From NCBI RefSeq assembly GCF_009914755.1, contig NC_060925.1: 64,000 nt of DNA; one strand, written 5' to 3'. The stretch is from the human T2T-CHM13v2.0 reference genome, Homo sapiens. The notes under the pieces are model-generated. The model made no database searches, had not been told where the DNA came from, and saw only the letters and a list, made by a program, of their open reading frames with translations. The position numbers and the translations under genes are program-made. This document shows, piece by piece, positions 13,602 through 34,657 of this stretch. Position 1 is the stretch's first letter. Every line of letters starts with the position of its first letter.

Positions 13602-14050
13602 ATTTAGAAGCTTTGCTGATCCTGAACAGATGAAGGACAAGGACTTAGACAGTCAAGTCTCAGCACAGGAGCGGCTGAATTTTGTCTTACAGCCAATATT
13701 TACTACAATATTTTAAGTTGGAAAAGGACGGTCTATGATAATAACAAATTATGAAGGCTGTGTATATGGAAAGAGAGTTTAATGTTTGCATAAAATAAAA
13801 CGTAGTTGACAGAATCTGGCACAGACCTTGTTATTCTACAATCCAGTAATTAGAGTCTAGTGAAAAATTCTTTTTCATAAATGAGAATTACTAATATTGT
13901 ATTTATATAGTGAAATGAAGCATGTCTGCACAAGGTTGAAAAAGACAGCCTTTGCAAGGGGGTAAGGAAGCTGAGGGCAGAATCACTGAGCTCTGGGTTC
14001 TCTCTATAGCATGTGCTTGCTGCACCGGTCTCCCATTTCCAACCATCTGA

Positions 14051-14354
<304 letters not shown>

Positions 14355-14559
14355 TCCAACCGTCTGAATTTAATGAAGATGTGCTTCTGCTTTTCCTTAA
14401 GCTGCACTGACTCTAAGATGTCAGGAACTAACTTGCTATCATTTCAAATATGTGGAAATGGAAGATCTTTAAAAAAAAAAATCTCCTTGGAATAAGCTAT
14501 ATCTCTGGAAAAATTGGGAAATAATTTGCTGTCTCCTCACCCCTTACAATAGCTGCCGT

Positions 14560-15350
<791 letters not shown>

Positions 15351-15573
15351 AAAAATCCAAAGTATGAGGCATTTGTTTGAAGACCAAATGATAAGCCAGT
15401 GATCATTTTGTTATAATTCTTATCGCTTGGGAATACAATAAGCCAGGGCCCAGGGGAGTTGGGAAAATAAGTAGCTGTCTCTCCATCCCTACTTCCCTTC
15501 AACAAAGTCTTCTCGAATGTATTATATTCACAGATAGCCCATACTTCTAAGGAATCAGTAGCTGGAAGGATGA

Positions 15574-16284
<711 letters not shown>

Positions 16285-16522
16285 AATGAATAAGAAGGGA
16301 CAGGAATTCAAGAGTCATAAGGTTTAAAAAGAACTATATTTTCATGATAGTGTAATAACAGAATTTAATGAGATTGTTGTCCTAACATGCAATGTAAAGG
16401 TGCACCGTGGTGAGGCCAATCCTGGAAGGAATGCTGTAGTAAAAGGAGGCTGAGATTAAACAGACAGCAACAGTACTGTGCTGACCGTTAAAAGGGAGAG
16501 TATTGAGGGTGCTAGGAAATCT

Positions 16523-16548
16523 CACACACACACACACACACACACACA
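16523..16548. repeat. (CA)n microsatellite
   Basis: Directly visible. Confidence 0.95.
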
Positions 16549-17934
16549 CCCCAATAAGGACAAGCCATATACTCAGACATTTTTCAGATCCCACCTCCTT
16601 CCAACTACCTTAGCCTACTCTTTGTGGAGTGGTGAGGGGCACATATGGGCAGTAGTGGAGCATCATCAGAGAGCTGGCTGTGTATTATTTAACTGGAAGC
16701 CAAACTGGGAGACACACAGAAGCCATGATCCCAGGCATTCTCTGTGCTGCACTGAACTTGCATGCGTTGGTAGAAACCATGCTTATAAGGATTTACTTAA
16801 AGATGAGGTCATCAGAAATTAATTTTTTCTAATATCAAGAATTGCCTAGCTCTTTTTAAAATGACATCCTAGAAATCACTCTCAAAGCTTCTTATTTATT
16901 CTTCCTTTAAGTTTCCATAGAAAATTTAGATTCATCTCTGTAATCTAGAAAGAAAAATATGACTCAACAATTTCATAAAATGTGACCCAAATTGTGCCTT
17001 TGTGGAATATATCCCTGTAAGAGATTCAGAAATAATCACAAAAGGAGATTCCTGAATGACTGGCAATGTATTATGTTCATGTGCCTCAAAGCCCTACAAT
17101 ATGGGAAAATAATAGATCTTACACAGAATAGAATCAGTTAAGGAATGAAACATCAAACTCAATCAGATACTCCATGTTTCTGGCCTCTGGTCACCATTTT
17201 GCAGCAATCCTTGTTATGACCTCACTTCATCCTTCACTTAGCCAGATGAAATTGGCTATTTCCAAAAGAGAGTTAGGCCCAAGCCTGGCACAGTGCTTTA
17301 AGAAGGAACCTGCATCAGGATGCAAAAACGAGACACCCTGCTGATCTGTTTTTCATTGACTGCATTTTAAATTGCTTCCATTTTGCATCTAGTCCAAGTG
17401 GAGAAGAGCTGAAAATAAAATGTAAATCACTCTGTAATAGTTTTAGGAATTAGAAGAAATAGCAGCAGCCATCTGATTATAGCTCTGTAAGAAGGGCAAA
17501 TTCTCCCAAAGCAGAGAAACTGTGATGTTGTTGACTCTGTGAAATAATAAATGACAATAGCCTCAAGAAAAATGTCAGAGTGAAGCTCAGCTATGTTTGT
17601 GCATGCTAGAGGATCAATGTGTCCATGTAAAAGCTATACAATGGATTTAAAACTATCAAAGCCATATGAAAAAATGAAACCCAGTGTTATTATTTTAAAT
17701 ATACTTCTTTTGATGAGTTCTATACACATCGTAGCCAAATCCAGTCAAAGTTCACATTTGTACAATAGACTTGTGTTTACATATATGTTATCATTCTAAT
17801 GTTGTCTTGCTTCTGAAGTTTTTGCACATGAAATATTTGACACAGATTTACCTACCCCTAAAAATGTTTTCCTAATAATGGGAATAAATACAAGTTAAAT
17901 TTATTATGTTTGTAATGTCAGAAATACGATCTCA

Positions 17935-19610
17935 ATTTTTAACAATATTGAAGTGTAATTCACATATTATACAATTCACCCTTTTAAAATATACAATGTG
18001 ATAATTTTTAGTATATTCAGAGTTGTGTAACCATTACTACAATCTAATTTTAGAACATTTTTGTCACCCCAAAAAGAAATCTCATACTCATTAGCAGTCA
18101 CTCTACATTCCCCTCCCAAGCTACCCCACCCCAGTCCTAGGAAACGACTAATCTACTTTCTGTCTCTTATAGATTTTCCTATTTTGGACATTTCATATAA
18201 ATTCAATTATACAACATGTAGTCATTTGTGACTGGCTTCTTTCACTTAACATAATGTATTCAAAGTTCATACATGTGATAGTATGAATCAGAGCTTTATT
18301 CTCTTCATGGCTGAATAATCTTTCATTATATGGATATAACACATTTTATTTGTCCATTTATCAGTTTATGTACATCTGGACTGTGTTCACTTTTTAGCTA
18401 CTATAAATAAATGCCACCATGAACATTTGCATACAAATATTTGTGTGAATATCTGTTTTTAATTCTCTTGGGTATATACCGAGAAGTAGAATTGTTGGCT
18501 CATGTGGCTCCTTCATGTTTAACATTCTGAGGAACTGCCAAATTGTTTTCCACAACAGCTGTACCATTTTACATTTCACCAATAGTGTTGAGGATTCCAG
18601 TTTCTCCATATCCTTGACAATTTTGTTGTCTATCTTTTTTATTATAGACATCCTAATGAGAGTAAAATGATACCTAACTGTGCTTTTGATTTTTAGTTCT
18701 CTAACGATTAATGATGTTGGGAATTTCTTGTGTACTCATTGACAATTTGTATATCATCTTTGGAGAAATGTCTGTTGGGATCCTTTATCCATCTTTAGAT
18801 TGGGTTATTTTTTTCATTATTGTGTAAGTTTTTACATATTCTGGTTACAAGTCTTACAAGATATATAGTTTGTAAATATTTTCTCTCATTCTGTAGGTTG
18901 TCTTTCACTTTCTTAGTAATTATTTGCCGCACAAACGTTTTTAATTTTTATAAAGTTCAGTTTATCTATCTTTTCTTCTGTTACTTCTGCATTTGGTTTC
19001 TTGTGCTTTTGCCTAACCCAAGTTTGTGAAGATTCGCTCTTACATTTCTCCTAAGAGTTTTATAGTTTTAGACACTAACATTTATGTCTGTAATCCATTT
19101 TGAGTTAATTTTTGTTCATAGTGTGAGGAAAGGGTCCACCTTCATTCTTTTACATGTGGATATTCACTTGTCTCAGCACATTTGTTTAGAAGATTATTCT
19201 TCCCTCCATTGAATTGTCTTGGCACTGTTGTCAAAAATCAATCAACCATAAGTGTAGGGGTTTATTCCTGAACTGTCAATTCTATTCCATTGATATATAT
19301 GTCTGTCCTTATGCTATACCACAAAGTCTTGTTTACTGTGGCTTTGTAGGAAGTTTTGAAATAAGTAAGTATGAGTCCTTCAACTTTGTTCTTCTTTTAA
19401 AATATAGTTTTGATTTTTATGAATTTATTGAATTTCTATATGAATTTTAGGATTAGCTTGTCAATTTCTTCCAAAAAGGCAGCTGAGTTTTTAAAAAATA
19501 ATACTTGCATAAAATTTGTAGATAAATGTGAGGAGTATTGCCATCTTAATAATATTGTCCTCTCATCCATGAACATGGGATGTATTTCCATTTATTTAAA
19601 TCTTTTTTAA
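17935..19610 (-). mobile_element. L1MB-type 3' UTR and ORF2 end
   Basis: L1MB 3' terminus (ttttagtatattcagagttgtgtaacc...gtcaccccaaaaagaaa); ORF 18394..18651 gives decayed ORF2 C-terminus (ILLLGIYPRELK). Confidence 0.85.
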
Positions 19611-20529
19611 GCAACATACTTTTTATTAACACAGTTGTTGAGCCTCAGAGAAGTCAGTTAATCTCTCTGGATGTCAGTTTTATCACTTATGAATTAGAAA
19701 TAAAAATGTCTATTTCATAAGCCTATTGTGAGATTTAGTCATGATTCCCATAAAGACACCCACTAAAGGGTAACATATACATGATGCCTAAAATTAAAAT
19801 AAGATAATCAAAGTGAAGAAGTTCTCTAATTGCCTAAAAAAATAAATGGACACAGGAACCCTACTTTTGGAATTTGAAAGTATTCTTATTTAAAAATACA
19901 ATCAGTGCTTAATTATCCAAGCGAATATGCTACACAGACAGCAAACAGTATTATTTATTGATATTCTAAAACTATTTTTAGCTAGGAAATTGCAAAGTTT
20001 AATCTCACTAAACCATAAACATATGGTAAGTGTAAGTACCAAAGTTGGCAAATTGAATGACATCTTTGATTGATATAAAGGTGAATTCTCCAGAAGATGA
20101 CTGAGAAAATTGATGGTTGCTAGATGATACTTTTTGTGCATGCTGCATCTTTACAATAGGTTAGGAGAAAGCAGTAGTGACTTGTGATTACTGTACATTT
20201 TTTTAATGCCTTGAAATTTTGTTCAACCCATAATTTACTCAAGCTTTTCTTCAGTCCAATCTCCAAGGGCCTCTACAATGTTCTCATTAAATCTTTATTT
20301 GCCATTGCACTCATTTCATAAATGCACTGACATTTGATGAGGGAAATACCCTCACTCTTCACATTCATGCCTATTTCCCCCACTATTTAGCCCTTATCCT
20401 AAAATATCTAGAGTATATTGTACATAATATATTCATACTGAGCATGTATTACATCAAAGATAAATGTGTGAATGAGAGAGATATATCTTTTCATTCATTA
20501 TCATTTTATTTGTTCATATGTGCATGTAA

Positions 20530-20715
<186 letters not shown>

Positions 20716-20949
20716 AAATTAAAGAGAACCAATGTTGGTTTATTTCATTGTATAGCAATTTATATTACAGGTTAAGTGTTGAATAGTTTTTTCACCCAAA
20801 CCCTTTTATACATTTCTATGTATGTTAGAGGGAGACTACTCTTTGGTTAGAAAACATAATTGTTTTGATTTGATGACAATACAGAAGGAAGTATTCCATA
20901 TGTAAAAATATTCTCAAAATACAAAGATTTCTTTTTATTTAATATGTAG

Positions 20950-23185
20950 ACATGCATCAAATCAATGATTTAAAAGTCTATCTTAAGAAGCTACAAAAAG
21001 AAAAGCAATTAAAAACCAACATGTGTACAAGGAAAGCAATAAAAAAGATTACACAAACCAATGTAATAGAAAATAAAAAATTAACAAAGCCAAAAGACGG
21101 TCTTTTAAAAAGATCAACAAAATTGATAAACCCAAAGCAAGACTGATTTAACAAAAGAAAGAAAAAGAAAGGTAAACACAAATCACTAATACCAGAAATG
21201 AAAAAAGTTATCACTACAGACCCCACAAACATCAAAAGAATGTTTAAGAAATATAACTGTTTGAAGTTGACAGTTTGCCAAATTAGATGAAATAGGCAAA
21301 TTCTTTGAAATCTAAAATTTACAAGATGAGAGAGAATGTCAAAATTGCCTTATGTCTACTAGAGAAACTGAATTATCAAAAACCTTACCACAAAGAAAAC
21401 TTCAGGCAAAGAGACTTTCAATAGTAGATTTTATCAAATAGTCAAGGAGAAAATAATACTAATCTTATGAAACTTATTTCAGCAAATAAAGGAAAGAACA
21501 CAAGGAACACTTTTTAACTAATTTTATGAGACTAGCATAATCCAATAACAAAACTTGGCAGAAATAAATAGAAGAGAAAACAAATACAGACCAATATCAC
21601 TATGAACAAAGATACAAAATTCCCTAACAAAAAAAATTAGCAAATCAAATCTAGTTGTACATTAAAGGAATAATACATCATGATCATATAAGGTGTATCT
21701 CAGGAATAGGAGCTTAATTTAAAATTCAAAATTAGTCATTTAATTTGTCATATTAATAGAATAAAAGAGAAAATCATGATTATTTCAATAGTGGTAGTAA
21801 AAATAATTAGCAAAATTCAGTATCTTTCATGATGTAAGTGCTTTGCAAATCAGGTTGCAGGATACAAGGTTAAATGTATTTTTATATACTAACAGAAAAC
21901 AACTGAAAAATAAAATTGATAAAACTTTATTTTTAAGACCACTAAAAAATTATTTAGGAATAAGTTTAACAGAAGTCACTGCATTGAAGACTCCAAAAAT
22001 TGTTGAGAGAAATAAAAAAATAACTAAACTAATGGAGAAGTATGCCATGTTTATGAATTAGAAGACTTCATGCTGTTAACATCATAATGAATGTCAATTC
22101 TTCTCAATATAATCTATAGATTCAGTGCAATCCCAATAAAAATCCCATAGATATTTTTTGTAAAAATTTGCCACCTGAATTCTAAAATTTATATAAAATG
22201 CAAAGGACTTAAAATAGCAAAACAGTTTTGAAAACAAATAGAGAAATGGCATCACCTGATTTCAAAACTTACTACAAAGTTTCAGCAATTAAGATAGTGT
22301 GCTCAACATTCTTTGTCATTAGAGAACTGCAAAACAAAACAACAATGAGATAACACTATACATCCACCAGAATGGTTAACATAAAACAACAACAACAAAA
22401 AAAAAACCTAACAATATCACACAGGACTCTCATATATTATTGTTGAGCATGTAAAGTGGTACAAACTCTTTGGGTTCTTATAAAACTCAACGTACTCCAA
22501 ATTCTACTTCTAGGTATTTACCCAAAAGAAGTAAAAACATGTATCCACAAAAAGGCTTATACAAGAATGTTCATAGCAGCTTTATTTATAATTGCCCCAA
22601 CTGGAAACACTCCAGTATCCACCAATAAGGGAATTGTTGTAAATTCATGCTATGAAATACTACTCAGCCATACAATAGAATGGACTACTAACACAAAACC
22701 TTATGGATGAATGTCAGAAATGTTATGCTTAGTGCAAAAGTACATGCTGTCTGATTTCATTTATATGAAATTCTATAATAGGTAAAACTAATGTATAAGA
22801 AAAAAAACAGAACTTTGAAGGAATGGGGATGGAGAGTTCATTTCTAAGATAAAGACAATATACTTGATGAGGGTTTGAGGTTCAAGTAACATGCTTAAAA
22901 GGTTTCTGCACTTTCTCAAAAGAAAAAAATATATAAGCAAATATTGATTCTCAATGATGCATATGCTGAAGTTTTTGAGGAGGAGAGCTTGATGGTTTTT
23001 ATTTACTTTGAAATGCATAAAAAATAAGATGGCTTGATGGTTGGATAGAGAAATGGAGAGATGGATAGATACATAGTAAATCAAGTAGAGAAATTTTAAT
23101 TGTTGAGCCAAGGTGGAGAGTATATAGGTGCTTAATGTAAAATTATTTTGACTTTTCTGTATGTTTGAAATGTTTCATAATAAAA
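20950..23185 (+). mobile_element. Old L1M ORF2 and 3' UTR fragments
   Basis: Decayed ORF2 peptides (LKVYLKKLQKEKQ; LLLGIYPKE...MFIAALFIIA). Confidence 0.8.
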
Positions 23186-23281
23186 TGGAAGGAATTGAAT
23201 GATGGTATCAAACCATTTGGTATTTAGTTTACATAGGACATAGAAGATAAATGCAAAGGTTATGTTTTGAAATCACAATAT

Positions 23282-23690
23282 TGTAAACCAAAAATAAAAT
23301 CCTAAACCCTCCAGTCAACTGAATGGATATTCTCTACCTTTTGGAGTTTAGACAAAACTAACGAGCATTAATGTTAAAATAGAGATCTGAAGACTGACAA
23401 AACAGACTCTTTGGCAATAAGAACAAATTCCAACCTGACTCTTGTATAGCATCACATGATCATGAAGGAAATCAACATATTTTACCCAAAATATATTTCT
23501 TTGACATATTTTGAAATAACCTTGCAAAGCCATCTTTTGTGGCTGATATTTTGCATCTGTAGAGAATTTCCACTAATGCAGCGAGGGCTTTCCCCAATCT
23601 AAGAGAGATCGACTAAGAAACTTACACCTCTTAAGAGAACAGAATACCATCTGCTCTCTCTGAAACCTGCTCTTCTTGAGACCTTTGGAA
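23282..23690 (+). mobile_element. MER4-family LTR, internally deleted and 3'-truncated
   Basis: tgtaaaccaaaaataaaatcctaa and aaaatatatttctttgacatattttgaaat. Confidence 0.8.
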
Positions 23691-23784
23691 ACTCCTGTGG
23701 TAAATTCAAGACGACTGTCCAGAAATTCCGATGGTTGCTAAAGAATTGCTAGTGCTGAAGGGCAAAGATCAGGGGTTGGCTGGT

Positions 23785-24290
23785 CTTAGTCCTGTTTTCC
23801 CCAGAAGTGGACTCCTAAGACAAGGGTTCAAGTACAAATAGTTTGCCTGGAAGGTACAGGGAAGACAAACAAAGGTGTGGGGAAGTGATACAGGGATGGA
23901 AAATTGATTCCATTTCCCAATTGATGTGCGTTAGTAAGTCAGCTACCACAGGGGGCTGTCAGGGCTTACTCTTATGGGGGAACTCTGAGAAGTGGTATAA
24001 AACACACATTTCAGAATTATCTCATCTGAGAGGTGAGAAGGCTGGAGTACTTATACACTGGCTACCAAGAGGCACTGGTTAAGGGAGGCTTCCAGGGCAG
24101 GTGCACTCCTTAGTACTTTGGGCTTGGCATGCAAGGAGACAGAGCTGCCTCTCTTGGTTTTAGAAGAGGACATGGATACATGAATCTGGGGGCTGAATGT
24201 TGGCTGGAGTGCACAGAAGTAGCACAGCCTAAGGGGCAAGGGCAGGGCACAGATGGGGCTTGATGGCTGTGCTCCTCAGGTATCACTACT
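23785..24290 (-). mobile_element. Ancient ERVL-class LTR (subfamily not assigned)
   Basis: ttccccagaagtggactcctaagacaagggttcaagtacaaatagttt...ggggaagtgatacaggga resembles old ERVL LTR ends. Confidence 0.5.
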
Positions 24291-25450
24291 GGAAAGTGCT
24301 CCAGGCTCCAGGCAGTGATAGCGAGGGCAAGGAAACGCACGGTGCACCCCTGTTCTGACCAGGGTCTAAGCTAGTCTTCTGTCTTCACAATCCCACTGCC
24401 CCTCACCTCCACTCCTGATTTGACCACTCCTAGCAGTACTATTGTTGAGTAACTGCAAGAGTACATGAATCAGGTGACAGTTTGATGAAAGTTAAACTTG
24501 CCTACATAGATATCACATTTTGAAGACAATTGCAGAAGCTCATACGTGGACCCCTGGGAGTTCCTTTGAAGCCCCAGATCAAAATGTACTCAGCATGGCT
24601 GCCTGCATAGCTAGTAGCCAGGTAAACCCTTATCCTGGTTCCCAATTGTCAAACAGTCCTGATGTCTCATCCCTAGGAAAACTGATGACCCAATGGATTG
24701 AACTGCAAGGTAATCATTTGGAAGGTTTTATTTTTTGGATTTCACAATATAATCTTCTATTTCTAAGTTTTCATTAGGGGAAATCAAGAGCAATTATGCA
24801 AAAGTTCAGCCAGGAAATACATGACAGCTTGTAATGAGGTGTAGTCCTAGCAATCAAAGAGTCTGAATTTAATTTGTGTTCTTCTGTTATGACTTTTTAT
24901 AATGTGCATTTGGAGAGCTTTTTATAAACATCTAAATTGCAATTTTATGCTACTGGTATTGAGTTGGGTTTTTCTTTATTGTGTATGTTACTAGTGTTAT
25001 TAACTAGGGTATGTGAACTACTGATCCTCTAAGAATTTATTTACTGGAATAAAATACTGACATAATAGTGTTACTATGCCTGAATAATTACAAGATTGAC
25101 AAAATGTCCTTAGCATGTGGGTGTGCCTTAATTTCTCCATTTGTAACTCAAGAAGAGTAATGTTGGTTTAACTCTGAGGAGAATTGGTTAAATCACTATT
25201 GAATTTTCAAATTGCGTTTTCAGGTCAAAGCAAAGAAAGCCTAATTTAGAGGAAAGAACAAATTGTTATAGAGTAAAAATTTAATCATTTTCTATGTTAT
25301 AAATCTCTCCTATAATTTGCCTCTTTGTTTTTTCACTATAGAGCACGTTGGGAATTGGCAGAGAAGGCAGAGATTAAATGAATTTTGTCTGAAAAAAGAT
25401 AAGGCAATATACAGCCAAATGATGTTTGAATTTAAACATTGGGTTTGCCT

Positions 25451-25749
25451 GGCCGGGCATGGTGGCTCACACCTGTAATCCAGCACTTTGGGAGGCTGAG
25501 GTGGGTGGATCAGCTGAGGTCAGGAGTTTGAGACCAGCCTGACCAACTTGGTGAAACCCCGTCTCTACTAAAAATACAAAAATTTGCCAGGCGTGGTGAT
25601 GGGTGCCTGTAATCCCAGCTACTCAGGAGGCTGAGGCAGGAGAATCACTTGAACCCAGGAAGCAGAGGTTGCAGTGAGCTGAGACCCTGCCACTGCATAC
25701 CAGCCTGGGCAACAGGGCAAGACTCCATCTCAAAAAAAAAAAAAAAAAA
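25451..25749 (+). mobile_element. AluSx-like
   Basis: Full dimer with A-tail. Confidence 0.93.
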
Positions 25750-25793
25750 GGGTATACTTTAGAAATATAGGCTAAACAACAATTTTAAAAAGA

Positions 25794-26089
25794 GGCCAGG
25801 CACAGTGGCTCATGCCTGTAATCCCAGCACTTTGGGAGGCTGAGGAGGGCAGATCACGAGGTCAGGAATTCGAGACCAGTCTGGCCAACATGGTAAAACC
25901 CTGTCTCTACTAAAAATACAAAAATTTGCCAGGCGTGGCAGTGGGTGCCTGTAATCCCAACTACTTGGGAGGCTGAGGCAGGAGGATTGCTTGAACTCAG
26001 GAGGAGGAGGTGGCAGTGAGCTGAGATCGCACTACTGCACTACAGCCTGGGCAACAGAGCAAGACTCCATCTGGAAAAAAAAAAAAAAA
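25794..26089 (+). mobile_element. AluSg-like
   Basis: gatcacgaggtcaggaattcgagacc; full dimer with A-tail. Confidence 0.92.
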
Positions 26090-26454
26090 CTCTGAAGGAT
26101 CCAGCCCATTTTCCAGTTAACTTCCTGCCAAAAAAACTCAACACTTTGTACAAGAAAATAATATTCAAACTCTCAACAAAGCAGTATTCACAATGTCCAG
26201 ATATGCTAAAAAATTAGTAGTGCTAAAGCAAAAAAAAAAAAAAAAGTGACTCATAACCAGGGAAAATAAACAATAGGAACAGATACAGAGATAACACATC
26301 TGTTGGAATTAGCAACCAGGACTTTCAAGTAGCTACTACAAATACGTCCAGGTTTAGTGAGTCACTCACCAGGTAAATTGTTGAGATGGATGAAAGGTGT
26401 ATCTATGGGTACTATTATGCATACTTGTGTATATGTTTAAATTTTTCCACATTA

Positions 26455-27590
26455 CATCTCCAGAACCTGATTACTTCTCACCACTTCTATGCTATAACCC
26501 TAGTCCAAGTCATGAAGACTTCTCTGCATTAGTTACAACAGCCTCTGAACAAGATGCTCTCTTTCTTTCCTTGCCCCGCTACAATCCATTCTCCTTAGTC
26601 CTTTCAAAACAGAAGCCAGATTATCTCACTCCTTTACTCAAAATCCTGTAATGATTCCCATCTCAAAGTAAAATTCTACAATATCAGACAAGGTCCTCCA
26701 AGGTCTGGCCCCTCATTATGCCTCTATGCTAATGTCTTACTTTCTTCCTATTACTTATACCACTTCAATCACTCTGGACTCTTTATTGTTCTTTGAATGT
26801 TGCAGCCATGTTCCAGGTTCAGGGACTTTGCACTGTCTTAATTACTTTCCCTGGATGTTCTTCTCCTAGACATTTTCAAGACTGACCTCACAGCCTTATT
26901 CAAGTGCTTGCTCAGTTTTTACCTGCACGGTGAGGTTCTTTGAAGCAGATTGGAATATAGTTTGCAACTCTTCACTACCTCTCTGCTACAGAATTAAACA
27001 TTGACATCTGGGTGATCAAATCTCATTAAAGTAGGGGGTGGTATGCTTCCTTCCTACCTGGGCTTATTTCATGGGACTTGCTTATAAATTAGAATGCTAG
27101 CAAAAAAGACACAGAGGTCTTGAATATGTTTAGGTGATTTGGCACTGACCATGAGAAAAACACATCCTTGTTCAAGAGGAATGAGGACATATATGAGACA
27201 GACCTGAACTCGACCCACAGCATAGTCCAAGTCCAGTTGACCCACTGACCAAAGATTATTGTAAACAATTGAGATTTGCGGATTATTTTCTATGTAGCAT
27301 TATCAGGGAAATAGGTCAGTCGTGTACCCTCCCTGACCAACTATTTAAAATTGTGCTCTTACGTCTATCATTTCCAATAATCCTTACTATTCTCTATGTT
27401 TTCTACAGATTTAACATTTTTTAACACGCAATATCTTAAAATAAAGTTTATTGTCTCTTCTAAATGTAAGCTCTACTTTGGGCCAAGCTCTTTATCTGTT
27501 TTCTTCTCTGCTGTATCTGTGGCTCTTGAAACAGAGCCCAGCATATAGTAGTTGCTCAATAATGGAATGGGACAAATAAGTAAATGAATG
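26455..27590 (+). mobile_element. L2 3' region, probably interrupted by an old MLT1-like LTR (~26940-27320)
   Basis: cagggactttgcactgt...tcctagacattt and L2 terminus cagcatatagtagttgctcaataa...aataagtaaatgaatg. Confidence 0.65.
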
Positions 27591-29370
27591 TTTATTGCAC
27601 TTTTGCTTGATAGCAAAAACTTGAAAATGACAGGAGAATGAATACATAAATTGTGGCTTAGTATAGTCTCTAGCAGTTAAAATGAGTGAACAAGGGCTAT
27701 ATTATCAAAACAAAAATAAATCTTAAAGATATAAAGTTGAGGGGGAAAGCAAATTGCAGAACGAACCTAACATTTGGATAAATTGTAAAGAACTATTATA
27801 ATATTGTTTATGTATATATACATAACTATATACATATATAATTAAAATATATCTAAGGAATGATAAACATTAGTTCAAGAACATGGCTGCCTCTGGTAAG
27901 CTAGGAAGAGAGATCAAGGAAGGAAGGTGGGCAATTCAACCATGTCCATAGCAAAATGTTCAGATCTGTCAACAATAAGTGTTATTCATTCAATACATGA
28001 ATGTTGTTTATAATGTTCTCTCTCACCATGTTTAAATATTCTTCATTTAAAATTCTAAACACTTAATTTTATTGATTAATAATATTTTCACATGGCACAA
28101 AACTCAAAAGATAATAATAAGTTATGTGGCAAAAATTCTATCTTCCAACCCTATCCCCTGGGAAGCCATTTACTTCCCTGAAGGCAACCAATTTTACCAG
28201 TTTCTTATGTATCTTTCCTGTGTTATTCTGTGCATATTCAATAAAGGTCTTTGTTCTTTCTTATTTTATAATTTACAAAATTTGTAGCATATTATGAACA
28301 TTATTTTGCATTTTCTTTTTTTCATTGAAAAATATACCGTGGAGTTCATTCCATATGAATTTGTACTTGGTTATACAGCACTTCCTTATCCTTTTTATTA
28401 GTGGCATAGTAATCCATTGGATGGATGCATCAAGATTTACTTTGTTTCTTGATGAGCATTTTGGTTGGTTCCAATCTTTGGTATTACAAAAAAAAAAGTT
28501 ACCAGAAAAAACTTTATACAAATTAATTTTATTCTATACCTGTATATGTATGTGTGTGTATTTGCAGGATAAATTTCTAATAGTGGGATTGCTCTCAGTT
28601 ATACTATAGCAAATGCTATTGTATTTTTAATTCATAATTTAAAATTTCTATAGATATGACAAATTTCCCTCCCACAGACAATGTACCAATTTAGACTCCC
28701 ACTGACAATAAATGAGAGTGCCAGTTTTCCCATATCCTTGCTACACATGGTGTGTTCTCAAACCTTGTAAGGTAAAGAAATATTAAAGATAAAGATTACT
28801 TTGACTGAATTGTGGAAAATGAACTCAAGGAGAGAAAGTCTGAGGGCAAAGAAACTATTTATAGAGTCATATACTACAAATGAGGTAAATATGGAAATCA
28901 CAGTGAAAATGGAGAAAAATGGATGGATTTGAGAGATAATTAACAGTTATCACTGACAAGATTTAGATTTCATTGATTTTAATGCACAAACATCAATTTT
29001 ATCAACATTTGTAAAATCAAAAATGGAAATAACCTACATGTTCAAAAATAGATGTTTTAAATAAATTATAGTCTATACCTATGATGTTATGTCACTCAGC
29101 AATTAAAAAAATAAGCTGTTAAAGAACAAATCCAATGGTGAGAAAATTTTCTAATATAATGTAAATACAAAAAATTAGACGCAAAACTGAAAATACAGCA
29201 TGGTCTCAATTTTGCTGATCTATCTATCTATCTATATTTTTCAAGAAATGCACCAAATACATGACATTTTTCTGAATAATGAGATTACATTTTTACATTC
29301 TTCTGAATGATGAGATTATAATTTTAGTTTTTACTTATATTCTACATTTTCTTTACCAACATTATTTTCT
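27590..29370. mobile_element. Mosaic of very old L1ME and L2 fragments in mixed orientation
   Basis: For example gatgagcattttggttggttccaatctttgg and tgtaccaatttagactcccactgacaa; boundaries approximate. Confidence 0.55.
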
Positions 29371-30847
29371 ATGAGAGAGAAAGAACAATTGCATGAACAG
29401 ATTATATAACAAACACTGTCATTTCCAGTTTGACATCATTGGCATAAGTTACAGCTGTCCTCACTTATTTTTCTCCAAAGCTACTTTATCTTTAAGAATT
29501 TCAAAATGCAGTTGAATTATGCTGCCTGTGAGAAGATGATTATGATACTTGTAAAATGCAAGGTAAAAGCCTTGCGTGATGTAAGTGATAGAAGCAAGTC
29601 CTCTCATTATACCCTTAAAGAGCTTTCATAAACTCAGACTGTTTAACTCCTTTTACAGTTGAACCAAACAATTTCAGTTCTCAGTTTGTCTATAATTATA
29701 CAGTTTTACCAAGAATCTGATTTATTATCTAGTACAGATGATGTGAGAACATTCTGAAAAATCTTTTTGTTTTTGGTTTCTGCACTTATTTCACAAAGTT
29801 GTTGCAGTAGATTTCTTTTTAGTGAATTTACAATTAAAAGAAAAAACCTAAGTTAGATTATTTTGCCTATCATGGTATTTTGGGATAGAAAAAGTACTTT
29901 ATAGGCATTAACAGATTAATTCTTTGAATTATGCTATAAATAGTAAGTAAAGAATCATAGAGACAGAAGTTAATGTAAAGTAAAAGTGACGTTTAGTAAT
30001 AATTTGGTCCTAATACTATTTTAAAATATAAAGTTTTCCTTTAAAAAAAAACTCTGCCCTAAAACTTCACCCCTAGAATATGTTCCTAATAAATATGACA
30101 AACTCTAGCTATTAAACAACTTCATATTTAATTAACCAAAAAACACATTTGTCCAATACCACACTGAGGTGTTTTTTTTTATATAGCAGGTACTTAAATT
30201 ATCCTTCTCTAAGCACCCAGAATAAAAGTATACTGTTCCTTTTTCCAATTGCTTTAGCCCAATCACTCTCTTCCATTTCATCTCTGCTGTGACTTAACAG
30301 ATGACAGTCTTAACTTTGGAGCAGCCTTCAGCTGTAGAAGAAGACAAAATAAAGTAACTCAAGGCCTTAAATTTGTTGGCATCTGTTCTTTAAAATGTAA
30401 GCCTGAATGATTTACGAACTATTGATGTCTGTGAAGGCACATTTATGAGTGTATATGCCTAGAAGGCACAAGCTATTGTCAAAAGAGCTGAACGATCATT
30501 TCATTTGGGTCTGACAAGACTATCGTCATTCTTTAACAAAATGTCAATCACTTGTAATAATCTATTTTAGCCAAGTAGAAGTGAAAGCCTGACATTTGCA
30601 GGCTGTACCCTGAAAGGTGTTATGGAATTTTCATTTTTTAATAATTATGCTTTAAGTTCTAGGGTACATGTGCACAACGTGCAGGCTCGTTACATAGGTA
30701 TACATGTGCCATGCTGGCCCGCTGCACTCATCAACCCATCGTTTACATTAGGTATTTCTCCCAGTGCTATCCCTCCCCCTGCCCCCAACCCCATGACAGG
30801 CCCCAGTGTGTGATGTTCCCCGCCCTGTGTCCAAGTGTTCTCATTGT

Positions 30848-34657
<3,810 letters not shown>

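Noticed and set aside
25451-26089. Tandem Alus sharing aaaaatttgccaggcgtgg (possible duplication or gene conversion)
   Set aside because: Only one shared non-consensus base; they differ at a subfamily-diagnostic indel and many other sites
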